NCBI GenBank assembly: GCA_024137785.1
Contig: JAHRHZ010000070.1
Coordinates: forward strand, 1,501,296 to 1,565,295
Direction: 5' to 3'
DNA: 64,000 nt
Source: Ginglymostoma cirratum
Lineage: Eukaryota
Under the pieces are notes generated by a model. That model searched no databases, was not told the DNA's origin, and worked only from the letters and a program-made list of their open reading frames with translations. The translations under genes were made by a program, and so were the position numbers. Positions 52,126-64,000 of this stretch are shown here, one piece after another (position 1 is the first letter of the stretch; every line of letters starts with the position of its first letter).

Positions 52126-53389
52126 ATAATAAAAGCAAACACTAAGGATGAATTAACCTAAACTTAATTTTGTCCTAGGTTATCATTTTGAAAAGTTTTC
52201 CCATCGCTGTCTCCATTAGCTATTTGACCGGCTTGCAGTTGATGGCTTTGAATGAAAATATACCATCTGCAACTCTCCAGTTCTCTGCACCTCACTGATA
52301 TCTAAACAGAATTGAAATATTATGGTCAGGAGCTTTGCAATCTCCATCCTTGCTTACTTAGCATCCTCAGATGCATCCAATTTAATTCTGGTGACTTAAC
52401 ATTCATATAATACAAATACAAACACTAGTGACTATATTAGATAGGTTTTCAATTACTGGCTGGTGCTTTTTGTTATAACATGTCCATAATAGGATACAAG
52501 GCATCCCAATTTGAAATAACATTCTCTGTTTCATTTGGCAAGGGCTCATTATCGAATTTGCACTCTGATCAGTGCCAAGGGCTGTTGAAGCATTACTTAT
52601 TGTGACCTGTACTCAACTGCTTTTGCTTTATGGATGAATCATGGTAAATGCTTTACTGTCTGAGTTTGACCTAAGTTGCATGTGATTTTGATGATTTTTT
52701 AATCATTCATGTAGCAGCTGTGACCTGTCCATCTATGATCATTTTTTTGGAGGGTAATCTCCATATATCCCAAGCATAATGAAGGATACTCTGTGTGTGA
52801 TTTGCCCTACCATTAAATTCTCCTAATGGACTTTCAAGTTTCTTCAAACCAGTTCCAATCCTTTGATGTGGTGCCAGTAGAAGATCCAGGGTTCTACATC
52901 GCATGGTGGAATGGCAAGTACAATGTTTGCTTTTAGTCTTTAGCTTAATTAATACCTTGTTGCTTCCAGACAGATTCATCTAGCTCAACATTGGATACAT
53001 TAAGCATCAAATGAACATATCATTCTTAGCCTAGTTAGCTTTTAATTTTATGCTCAGCTATTTCAGCGATATCTATTATATAGCCTATATTTTCTTCTCA
53101 CGCTCAAAGTGCAAGGTTTACCCAGTGGTCTAAACAATGGGAGTTTGAAGTGTGTTGACAACCAATAATTTGCATCCTGGACTCCCTTTTTCTTTGAGAA
53201 ACTACTGTCACCTGTATTTGACTTCTAGGCTCTGCGTACAAGTCTCTGAAATTTTAAACTTTTATGCACTTTTTGGTGCAACATCCTTGCCCTTAAATAT
53301 GGAAAGTGTGACCAAGGAGGAAACAGATGCATGATGCATTTACCTCTTATTTCTAGTAGGAAAGGCAGCGGACAAAGAAAAGAAATAAC

Positions 53390-53580
53390 GCCAGGCAGCA
53401 TCAGAGGAGCAGGAAAATTGTTGTTTCGGGTCAGGACTCTTCTTCAGACCCTTTTTTCTGAAGAAGGGTCCCAACCCGAAATGTCAACTTTCCTGCTCCT
53501 CTGATGCTGCCTGGCCTGCTGTGTACATCCAGCTCCACACTGTGTTGTCTCTGACTCCAGCATCTGCAGTTCTTACTATC
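53390..53580 (+). mobile_element. Second Penelope-like fold-back insertion with hammerhead cores
   Basis: Inverted arms at 53390-53448 and 53457-53515. CTGAAGA-AGGGTCCCAACCC-GAAA-TGTC at 53458-53485. Same tail as the 17481 element; ACAAAGAA occurs on both flanks. Confidence 0.75.
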
Positions 53581-54681
53581 ACAAAGAAGTAAGGAAATGG
53601 CATGAGTTTCTCCATCTCAAGTTTCTGCATGCTGGAGGCAGGAATGTTTAGTTTCCTCTACATAATGCTGCTGCACTGTACTGTAGATTTGTATCTACTT
53701 TATTTTACTTTCTCTCAATGTCTAGGATTAGAATGGTTAGGTGGTTGTTTTTGACTGGCGAAGGGCCTTCTTCTGTCTTGCCAATCTCAATGACTCAATG
53801 ACATTATGTCTGCCTGATGTGATAACTCTTTCCAATTGGTTAACATTTAATCATTCATTGACTTTGTTTAAAGTCTAATTTATTTTCCTTCTTCCTTCAA
53901 TAATATCAACATTGATCATCTTAATCAAGGAAAAGCTCCAATTAACACAATTTCATAAATGTCAGCTTTCCTCAGAAAAGTTACTTCATCAGGTTCATCC
54001 CTCCAGTCGACCAACTACTACCAGTGTCCACTATCACCACCATTCTGCCTCCACCACTTACCACACCCCCTCCCACTTTGATGCACAGCTACTCCTACCC
54101 TCACATCCAGCCCTTTCCTTCAGATGCTGCATGGCTTGCTGTGTTCTTCCAGCCTCCCGTTTGACTACTTCTAACCCCTAACTAGTGCCGAAGCTATCCT
54201 GTGGAGTCGAAGCTCCTATGGTTGAAATTTCTACTGAAATCAAGTGTTGTATTTGTGAAGCATCTTTTTGAACAACAGAATGTCTGAGAACAAGTTTAAC
54301 CAACAATTACTTCCAAAGTACAGACACAGTTCTAACATCGGTAAATAATCTATGGTAGAGTTACATTTTCTTGCAGGTACAATATTGAATAGTGCTGGAA
54401 ATGTTGGTGGTGCCCTAGAAAGCATGTCCCTGTAGGGATCAATGAGGAAAGGGAAGATGGTTTCGTAGGAAGTTGCATTTTTGACAGGAGGAGATAAAGA
54501 ACGCCAGGAGGTAAGTCGACTTGCATTGTTTGACTTGTCTGGGTCCAATGGGTGAGACAAGGAAGTGACTGACAGCAGAAACTGGGAGGTACATGTCAGG
54601 AAGGGCTGTGAGAGAGTGAGAATTGCAGAACATGTCCATAGGGTTATTGTCTAATGCAAAGAAACCTGAACACTGATATAT

Positions 54682-54800
54682 TGTTTCAGAGATAGTAGGA
54701 ACTGCAGATGCTGGAGAATCTGAGATAACAAGGTGTGGAGCTGGATGAACACAGCAAGCCAAGCAGCATCAGAGGAGCAGGAAGGCTGACGTTTCCGGCT
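54682..54800 (-). mobile_element. Truncated copy of the same Penelope-like terminal repeat
   Basis: Near-identical to the reverse complement of about 17590-17704. It ends in the hammerhead stem II region (gacgtttccggc). Confidence 0.8.
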
Positions 54801-55872
54801 AAATGGGTTAACTATCGTAAATATGGTGTTATGGGGATAGGTTGGGAGGGTCAGTACAGACTTGATGGGCCAAATAGCCTCTATATGCACTGTATGGATT
54901 CTATGTTTAATTTGTTCAATTCACTTACCAAGTAAGAAACCTGTATAAATTCATGGCCAAGCATATTTCAACTCCTGCTGGCCCACAATGATCCTTTGTA
55001 AATATATATAGTAACACTTCCCTGGGTATCTTCTGGCCTGGATCCTTGCTGTGAAGAAACCCTAGTAATGTAGTTGTTAAAATTGTATGTACATCCCAAT
55101 GACAGTTCCGGGCCAGACATTACCCTTTAACTGATGCCCATGTTCTGTTGGTTGGGTAGCATTGCCATGTTTGAAGTAAAATGGTCAAGACAGGAATATA
55201 TTGGGAATGTGGCAGAGAATTTCATCGGGGACCTACTGCCTTGCACCAACCCCAATACAATTTACTCCTGATTTCCTCTAGCATCAATTTGGTTGTAGCA
55301 TTTACTGTTCTAGGAGCTTTGTTGATTGTTATTTTGCATTGCTTGGATTTGATGAGCTTTGAGTCCTTAACCTGGAATCAAGGAGATTAGTTATAGTGCC
55401 CACTTGATCTGCTTTCCATCTTTGTCCCTGCTAAAAGACAAGACTCTTTCTTAGAGTAGTAGTCAGCCTTTAGTATCATGCTCAAGTGGTCATTATTCAT
55501 GTGTGAGTTTTGACAGTGCACTCTTAAGGTTACTGTCTTAAAAGATAACACACATTTTTCACCACCGATGTCTCTGGTTGAGTAAGGCTGTCTGCTCTGT
55601 AATGATGCTGAAAGCACAGTGTCTGTGCTGTGAGCGGCCAGCAGGAGTAAGTGACACTGCCACTCAAAGCTTAACAGGAAATCCAGTAGGCTATATATGT
55701 ATCTTTCTATACATATATATATTAAATGCCCTATCACTTCTTTGTGTTATTGGCTTATAGCAGATGGAATTAAGGATAAATTTTGATCAAAATTATAACT
55801 GGTTTTGATGAATAAATTAGGAGAAATTATTTCCACGGGTCAGAGAGTTGCTCATCAGTGGGTACAGCTTTG

Positions 55873-56176
55873 ACATAGAACATAGAACATAGAACAGTAC
55901 AGCACAGTTCAGGCCCTTTGGCCCACGATGTTGTGCCGAACTTTTATCTAAAGCCTAAGGTCTATCTAACCTCCACCGCTACCTTATCCTATCATCCATA
56001 TGCCTATCTAATAGCTGCTTAAGTGCCCCTGATGAGGCTGACTCCACTACCCTCTCCGGTAATGCATTCCACGCCTCTACCACTCTCTGAGTAAAGAACC
56101 TGCCTCTGACGTCTCCCCGACATCTACCTCTTTTCACTTTAAAACTATGTCCCCTCGTAAAATCTACCTCCACCCA
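55873..56176 (-). mobile_element. Young 5'-truncated CR1 LINE 3' end
   Basis: Uninterrupted ORF TRGHSFKVKRGRCRGDVRGRFFTQRVVEAWNALPERVVES, with a CATAGAA-repeat tail. Confidence 0.92.
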
Positions 56177-56227
56177 AATGATGGCAATAGATTCAGAATA
56201 GGGGTGAGAATCTATTTAACACAGTGA

Positions 56228-56513
56228 ATTATAGAATTCTTACAGTGTGGAATCAGGCCACTCAGCCCATCAAATCTACACTGACCCTCAAAAGAGCATC
56301 CCACCCAGTCATCTCATCTTTCCCATGGCTAATCCACCTAGGCTGCACATCCCTGGACCCTATGGGGCAATTTAGTGTAGCCAATCCATTTAATCTGCTC
56401 ATCCCTGGACTGTGGAAGGAAACTCCACACAGACAGTTACCTGAGGCTGGTATCAAACTTGCATCCCTGGTGCTGTGAGGCAGCAGTACTAAGCACTAGG
56501 CTACCAGGTCGCC
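56228..56513 (-). mobile_element. HE1-type V-SINE with an 8-bp target-site duplication
   Basis: Reverse complement of the 48494 family; CACAGTGA at 56220-56227 and 56514-56521. Confidence 0.8.
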
Positions 56514-56704
56514 CACAGTGAGCTGTTAAATTTTAACACACACTGCAAGAAATGTTGCCAGAAACAGATTCAATGACAACATCCGAAGGAAATTAGATTC
56601 AAACTTGAGAAAGCTATTTGCCAGGTTATTGGGAACAACTAAGTGAGTAGAATTAATGGAGTAGCTCTTTCAAAAAATGGAGTGAGATGATGGGCTGAAT
56701 GGTT

Positions 56705-57020
56705 AGAGGTTAGGAAGTGTACATATGCAAAGGGACTGAGGTGTTCTTGCCAGTAAGTCACTGAAGACGAACATGCAGGTGCAGCGAGCTAGTAGGAAGG
56801 TGAACAGAATGTTAGCCAACAGAATGTTAGCTTTTATCACAGAAGTATTTGAGCACAGGAGCAGTGAAGTCTTACTTCAATTGTTAAGAAGCTTGGTTAG
56901 TCTGTTCCTGGATTACTGTGTGGGGTTTTGGTCTCCTTATCTCATTGTCATAGAGCAACGAATATTCCCCAGGATGCTGAGATTGTCCTATGAAGAAAGA
57001 TTTGGCAAACTGGGCATAAA
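56705..57020 (+). mobile_element. CR1 ORF2 fragment
   Basis: ORF 56773..57078: QVQRASRKVNRMLAFI...EHRSSEVLLQLLRSLV..FLDYCVGFWSPYL...LSYEERFGKLG. Confidence 0.85.
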
Positions 57021-60000
57021 ATATGATGATCAGGCAATAACACCAGGTGATGACAAAAGAATAATTGTGGAAATCTAAAACATATAAACAAAACCTAGAA
57101 ACTGGATGGCAACTGGTTTTGCCCTCTTGAGGTAGTGTAAACTGGAGGGTAATATTCAGCATAAGTCCCTTACCTGAATGGTGAGACTTGTTCTTAGATC
57201 CTTGGACTCATTTCACGCTTCTAAACAAGGTGTCAAAAGCCCATTGATGAGACAGACTCCATGTTATGGACTAATGCTAACGTTGCAATGGCAATCACTT
57301 TTAGGGATTGGGGCCTGGATGAAAAAATTGTTATGGGATTGTGTGTTGCACACAAAGCCCGAGAGCTGGTATCTCTGAGTGCAGTACATAATGATGCTAG
57401 CTCCATAAGTGATATCCAATATTAGAGTCATAGACGTCTATAGCACAGAAAAAGGCACTTTGGCCCATCCAATCTGTACCAGCCAAAAACAACCACCTTA
57501 GTATACTAAATATTATATATTGTATCTCATATCTACAGCATTGGATAGCCTTTATCACTCACAAATAAAAGGACTGATATCTTTATGCATAAAGCTTAGA
57601 ATATCTTTTATCTGATACAAAAGGCTACCTTAGTCACAATATACACTCTATATGATAAGCAAAATAAAATAAATTGTGTCTGATATTCCTTTAGTAACAG
57701 CGTTTGATTTAACTAATACCATACACAGAGTTCCCTATCCAAGGTCTGATGTTATATATAGCAGGGTTTAGCATCCACCAAAGTACATGTAGGGTATAAT
57801 ATATTCTATAACATATAGAGAGTCTGATATTTACTCTAGTGAATAAAATATTGAATGCACAGAGCCCGGTAGCCCTTACAATACATAAAGTGCATAATAC
57901 ATAAAACGTCTGATATTCCTTCTAGTAAGTAAAATATCTGGTTGTCCTCCGGACAAATATCTCCGGTATTTACTGAAATATCTAGTGTTTGCTATTTCCA
58001 GCATCTAATGTTTCCAATAAAATGTACTGCAAAATATGCTGAGGCTACCGGTCCCTTTTAATATATGCAAGGCCTGATGATTAACATACAGAGCATGTTT
58101 TTACTTTACAAATGTATTCCTTAACAACCTAAGTTGTTATTTATTTCATGATGCAGCTTATTTTGTAGCATCAGACAAACTAAAGCCCCTGTCATGTTAA
58201 TTTGAGTTACGTGCTGCATTCCTTATTTCTATTTCAGCGCTATTTTAGTTTGTCAATGCAAGTTTATCTCTGACCTTCAATAGTTCTGGCTCTTCCAAGC
58301 CTTCAGACCGTTTCCCTTTAATATGTAAATATATTGCAGTTTAAAGTAACACATATCCATTGACTCAAGGCACTGCGACAACTTTGATTAAATTCCCAGG
58401 CTTTGCAGTCACTTATGAGATGTCATTTGAACCCTTCGACGTGTTACGACCTTGCAACACATTTTTTTTTCTTTTCTAGTGCTTTTTTTAACAAACATTA
58501 TTACTGGGGTTAGCAGCCTCATGCCGAGAGCACTGAGCAGTGTCTGAAGGACCGGAATATAACATCACCATTCTACACTGTGTCATTGTAACTCAATAGC
58601 TATGATAATGTTAAGTTGTCTCAAGAAACATTTATATATCGTGTTAACCTTTGCTGACAGCATGGTAGCCGGGGACAGATGTTTGAGGTTATGGAAAAAA
58701 CATGACATGAAGCCTACTTTGTATCCCAGTGGTGCCATTATGGAAACACTAACTTGCCCTAGGCCATGGTGCTGTGTAAACAAACGCAGGCACTCTGAAA
58801 GCACCACAGGTCTTTCAGGTTGCAAGTTCCAAGACCTGTAAATGCTTACTAAAGTTGAAAACAAGTTATTTGCATTTACTTAGCATTGACTTGTCTCATT
58901 TGTTGCATGAAATCAAATTCAGCTCATCACTGCAGCTAAGTAATTTAAACATGTCTTCCTGATAATTAAATGAAAATTCCTCTCCCTTTTTAGTTCCATC
59001 AATCTTCTGTCTCAAGGAAGGGAACAGAACTGACGTTTCCTATTGAGGCACTTAATTGATTTGAAAACACCGCTTGCCTCATTGTGCTGAGTTTAATATT
59101 CTTCAAGAGCCTTTTCTTTATCCCACTTTTTAGAGCGGAACTTGAGAGGTGAAAACAATGTCACATGTTGCTTGTCTTCTGTCGAGGTTGAGGAGTGGAT
59201 TCTTGGGTTAATGCCTGAGCCCCTACAGTGCCTAATCTACATTAATAACTTATACTGAAAACTTGATTGCAATTTGATTAAACTCTAGATGGTGCGTAAG
59301 TGGAATAGGAGCAGTGAAGTTCAAGGCAGAAGCCAAACACTTCAAAAAGTTAAATAAAATCTAATAATCAATGCGACTGTGCCAGGTTCAATCTAACACA
59401 AACAAATGAGACATATGCAATTTGAAAGAGAAATTTATGATCAGTAAGACGTGTGGAATTGGAGGAGAGTGACTTTGAGAAAGATCTGGGCTGCTGTACC
59501 CGATCATTGGATCATGAATAAACAAAGTAGAACAATATTGATTTATAATTATATTGAAAGATTGGAAGACAGAAAATGATATGAATGCCTAGATGTCAAT
59601 TTATGTCAAGTATCATGGCCAACTTCGATAGCCAAGACACTATGACTGCCATTGGAACACAGGGGAGATGAATCACAAAATAAATCTTTGATCTTGCAAA
59701 TTGAATTATCAGAAGACAGAACAGGAGGTTTAAGTTGTGAAAGGACAATTTGGTTCTAATATTAGGAAAAATTTTTGGGATACAATGGAATTGTCTCCCT
59801 AGTGAGATCATGGAGATAACTTTAGACTTATTTAAGATTCAGAAGTATTGCACTTCTTTGAAGCATGTTGACTTTACATTCAACCATCACCGCTGTCTGA
59901 GTCATTTGATGATGGACCCATCTCACTAGATAAAAAGACACAGAAGAAGTTAGAAAGAGTGTTTTCAAAGTACGGTATTTCAGTTTCACTGGGGCCTTCC

Positions 60001-60899
60001 AGAGAACCAATCTGTCCTTCATAGATTAGGTTGAGGAATTTGTTTATCCTAAAATCAGACTACACAAATGCATTTCATTCACCGTGCTACAAGTATGAGG
60101 TACATGATTAATATTTTAAAGGAGTTGTTTGTTGGTACAGCAACAGAGGCATCACATTGTGTCATAGAAAGAGCTGGGCCATATGTGAACGCCCGAGACA
60201 AGGATTGTTGTTTCTAAGTCACAATGAGATGGCTCCAAGCCTCTTGAAACCTAGAAAAATGTGATCAGCATCAAGTCATAAACCATTTTGATGAAACCTG
60301 ATGCTTTGATTCTAAGCTGAAAAGATGTGGCAATTGGAAATAATGAATTGCTATTTCTACTTAGATTAATACCTAGTGTATTTAGTATTGCTGCAGAGGG
60401 AAGGGTAAAAGAAGCTTTTTTGAAATCACCTTACAAGTTTTCCTAAAAATTCTCGAATCATTCAGAAAGAAAGGAGATTTGCATGGAGTTGAAAAGAGAG
60501 CAAAAGCTACAGGTGGAGCAGGCCTGCACCTTATGCAGAGAAAATCCTGAATTTACCATTCATAACATGAAATATGGATGTTTTATTTAGCTGAAGCTAC
60601 ATGGAAGGTCACCATGAAAGTGCTGGGAAAGGAAAATAACAGAAGTTAAAAACCATGGGAACTGTGGATTGGTTGGAAGACAAGGGAACGGCTACTTAAG
60701 AGACTGAGAAACATAACAAAATTGATCTTTCTGGTCGCCAGTAACAGTAGAAAAGGGTGACCTCTGTGTTGTTGTTTTAATTGTAAATTGCCTCTGAAAG
60801 GAAAATAATATTTAATAAATAGTGATCGGTTTTTAGTCAGTATTACAGTAAAACATCTTTTAAAATGTGAAGTCTTGACATGTTACCTTTTCACCGAAT

Positions 60900-61325
60900 A
60901 GAATGTTTGAGTTATAAAGAAAGGATGAATAGGTTGGAACTTTTTACACTGGAGGGTAAGAGGTTGAGGGGTGACCTTATAGATGTTATAAACCAATAGG
61001 GATATAGATAGAGTGAATGGTAAATGTCTTTTCCCTAGGATGGGGAATTTCAAAACTACGCATCATATTTTGAACCTGAAAGGAGAGCGATTTAAAAAAG
61101 ACATAAGGGGCAACTTTTTTTACACAGAGGGTGGTTCCTGAGGAAGTGATCGGTGTGGGTATAATTACAATGTTTAATAGTCATTTGGATGGATACATGA
61201 ATAGGAAAGGTTTGGAGTAATATGGACCAGGAGCAGACAAGTGGGACTTGCTTAGCCTGAGATTATGTTCAGCATGGACTGGTAGACCAAAAGGTCCGTT
61301 TCTGTGCTATATGACTCTATGACTC
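60900..61325 (+). mobile_element. CR1 LINE 3' fragment
   Basis: LSYKERMNRLELFTLEGKRLRGDLIDV-like coding remnant; tail ctatatgactctatgactc; similar to 3300-3598. Confidence 0.85.
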
Positions 61326-62004
61326 CAATACTGCAAGTTCAAATTTCTCTTTAAACTGTATTTGGACTCATAATAAGTGCCTGACAATTTCACGTTTGTG
61401 CTTTGGACACTTAATGCTGTGTCCAAATTGTCTGCCCAGCTGGTATATGTTTCCAAATTCACCATGAACGTAACACTCAATGACTGTCCAATAATACTGA
61501 AGATATTCTCTCTAAAATGTTAGTTTAAGTTATTAAGAGAACTATCTTTCAAGGGATCCAGAGCACTAGACTCCCAAATGGAAAATTTGTAACTGAGTAT
61601 AATCTGAGCAGATAGACTTATATCAGGTAATTGCTTGGGCGCTACAAATGGCCTCAGTGCACCATTTTATTGGGGGAAAAGTTGGTGGTACGATGACCCA
61701 CTGCTGGAGAATGTTGAATGTAAACTGTTGGGCTCAGCTGCAATGCCATTCAGGTCAAAGAGTTTGCCTACAACCTGTATACATATACATGACAGTGACC
61801 GGTTCAGTGTTGTATTTTGAATGAACGTTTTCTAACATGGTACAAATAGCCTGCAAATATGATTCTTAAACTCTGCTCAGTAAACCTGTTCAGTTATGGA
61901 AACGATTAATTCATATGGTGGAGGTTCCATCAACTTTCCACGGTGGTTGGCATTTCCCTTTCTGCTGCATCTCTCAATGAATTTATAGAAGTGCATCAGG
62001 GAAG

Positions 62005-62240
62005 ATGGTGATGTAATGGCACGGGTTCCTAGGCTCATATCCTGGATGCATCAATTCAAATCCCATTGTGGCTGATGATGAAATTTGAATTCAATAAAAA
62101 TCTGGAAAACTATTGATTGCCAATTAAAAACCCATCTGATTCACTAATGCCCTTCATTGAAGGAAATCTGCTGTCCTTGCCTGACCTTCATATGACTCCA
62201 AAGCTACAATTCTTAATTACCCTTCGGGCAGTTAGGGATT
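62005..62240 (+). mobile_element. Same tRNA-SINE family, internally deleted
   Basis: aattcaaatcccattgtggctgatgatg...aaaaacccatctgattcactaatgcccttcattgaaggaaatctgctgtccttgcctg. Confidence 0.65.
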
Positions 62241-62294
62241 AATAAGACATGCTAGCCTCAATTTAAACTCAACGGTAGCTGGGATATCTTCAAT

Positions 62295-62678
62295 TTTCAG
62301 AGATGGCCTTATCGAAACATACAAGATCTTGACAGGGTAAACATGGAGGCATCGCTTCCTTTTGTGAGACAGTCCAAAGCCAGAGGATACAATCTCAAAA
62401 TAAGGGGCTGCACATTTAAGATAGAGATGAGGAGGAATCTGTTTTTTGCAGGAGGTAGTGAATCTGTGGAATTCTTTACCACAGGGGTTTGTCGAGATTG
62501 GGTCATTGTATATATTCAAGGTTGAGATGGACTGCGTTTTGATCAGCAAGGAAATCAAGGGCTGTGAGGAAAAGGTAGGAAAGTGGAGTTGAAGATGATC
62601 AGATCAGATGAGATCTCACTGAATGGCAGAGCAGACTTAATTGAGCGAATGGCTTTCTTCTGCTCCTATGTCTTATTG
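62295..62678 (+). mobile_element. CR1 LINE 3' fragment
   Basis: ORF 62343..62525 SKARGYNLKIRGCTFKIEMRRNLFF; tail ttctgctcctatgtcttat. Confidence 0.85.
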
Positions 62679-64000
62679 TGAGGATAATTAGGTTCAGATT
62701 TAGTTTAACGTGTGATATTGAGTTCAGGATTGTCAGGGGTTAACACTGAGTGTTCAGCAATAGGAGGGAATAAAACTCTAAATTAGGGAAACTAGCAGCT
62801 AGCAAAAACACAAACATGTTTTTCAAGTGACACAATAACAATGCATGAGGAGTGAGCTGTTGCTACCTCAACTGCCACATCTTCTCCTTGGTCCCTATAA
62901 AAGTTACAGAGTCAGTAAGAAAGAGGACTGTAACTCAAGTTGCCCAGGTAAGAAGGATGATCCCCTCATCCACACCTTTCACACTAATGCAACAGAAGGG
63001 TTGTTGTCTGATGTATTTGAACACATGCTATTTCGGTAACCTTTAAAGGGATGCTACTGTATTCGTTCACAGGGTGCAGTGACTGATACTTAAGTACATT
63101 CTCAGCCTTCTGAATGTTGACACTGGGATATCCTTTCGTCCTTTCCATAAAACAGCTATCAGAAATTTCCTGCAAGAGTCGATGTTCCCCTGTTTTGAGG
63201 AATTGATGCAGCTTTTCTTCTGTAAGAGTCCACTACCTTGTGTTGCTGGGTTTGGGAATTCATCGAGCTGGGCTCAGCTTTATAGTTTGCAAAGAGGCCA
63301 CCTCAGGCATTAGGACCCAGCTGCTTTCCTGAGGTCAGATGGGAAGCAGCTTCCAGTCGTATGTCTGCAATATGGGAAAGGACTGCTCCTATTCAAACCA
63401 TCACAAATACTTGCCTTTGTTCCCTTTGGCATCTTGTAGAGAGTATAATCTGTTGTATGCTTACATATTGTTAATGGCACTGAGTCTTTGTTTAGTGCTT
63501 CCTTTCTGCCTCTGGGGGAAGATCACAAAGTCCGGTGGAAGACAGACCACAAGAAGCAATACAAGCTGCTGTCAATGTATTACACAAAAAAAATGTATCC
63601 ATCTCCTCTGTAACCTCTCATGGAATGATGTGTAACAAATTTGCAAACTTAGTCAGAAATGCCCGTCAATTTACTTTGTCAGCTCCATGGTGAGGAACAT
63701 CGCAGAAAAAAAAATAATGCTTGCAATTTATTTCATGTCTATTTCATATCATTTCAGAACTAGATATGGTGCATAACTTTAAAAAGACTTAGCCATTCAC
63801 AGTTGATCATCTAAGAAGGAGCTAAGTGCGGTGCGCTGATGGTCCATGTTAAAAAGATGTTAGCCAAACATTCTGTGGAGGGTGATTGGATAATGATCAG
63901 GGATAAAAATTCATTCTGATTTTTAATGCACAAGTTCGGGTCACTCTGAAGCTCTTCATGAAGGTTGGCAACACTGACACAAACGACTAGGAGAAGTTTG

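Larger units (their letters stand above)
55790..56700 (+). mobile_element. Older CR1 3' end split by the young CR1 and the HE1 SINE
   Basis: Segments 55790-55872, 56177-56227 and 56514-56700 join into one degenerate CR1 end (aaattatttcca...gggtacagcttt|...ggggtgaga...acacagtgagctgtt...gatgggctgaatgg). Confidence 0.6.

Noticed and set aside
57560-58090. CRISPR-like array
   Set aside because: Vertebrate context, short degenerate motif, irregular spacing and no cas genes.

Overview
Eukaryotic, intron-rich vertebrate DNA. The repeat content (HE1-type V-SINEs, Deu-type SINEs, CR1/L2 LINE 3' ends, Penelope-like hairpins) points to a cartilaginous fish, probably a shark; this is an inference. The only recognisable protein-coding gene is Pax2 on the minus strand. 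Its promoter lies at about 29350-29500 and coding exons 1-5 lie at 28684-28726, 25764-25929, 22926-23123, 18091-18176 and 10675-10797. All five have GT-AG boundaries and splice in frame (616 nt), encoding the paired domain, the octapeptide YSINGILG and the KRKRDE basic motif. The remaining exons were not found and probably lie left of position 1. The 5' part of the gene sits in a roughly 30 kb CpG-retaining domain with no recognisable transposons (about 17930-48270), rich in enhancer-like blocks and flanked by repeat-rich DNA. Most interesting observations: (1) Penelope-like fold-back insertions carrying minimal hammerhead-ribozyme cores, one with a 15-bp target-site duplication about 370 bp from exon 4; (2) a candidate antisense terminal exon (acceptor plus strong polyA signals) nested in Pax2 intron 5; (3) a roughly 1 kb degenerate telomere-like TTAGGG array upstream of Pax2; (4) two uORFs in the inferred 5' leader. 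Almost all ORF-track entries are spurious. Repeat boundaries were placed by eye and are approximate, and comparisons to other species are from memory.
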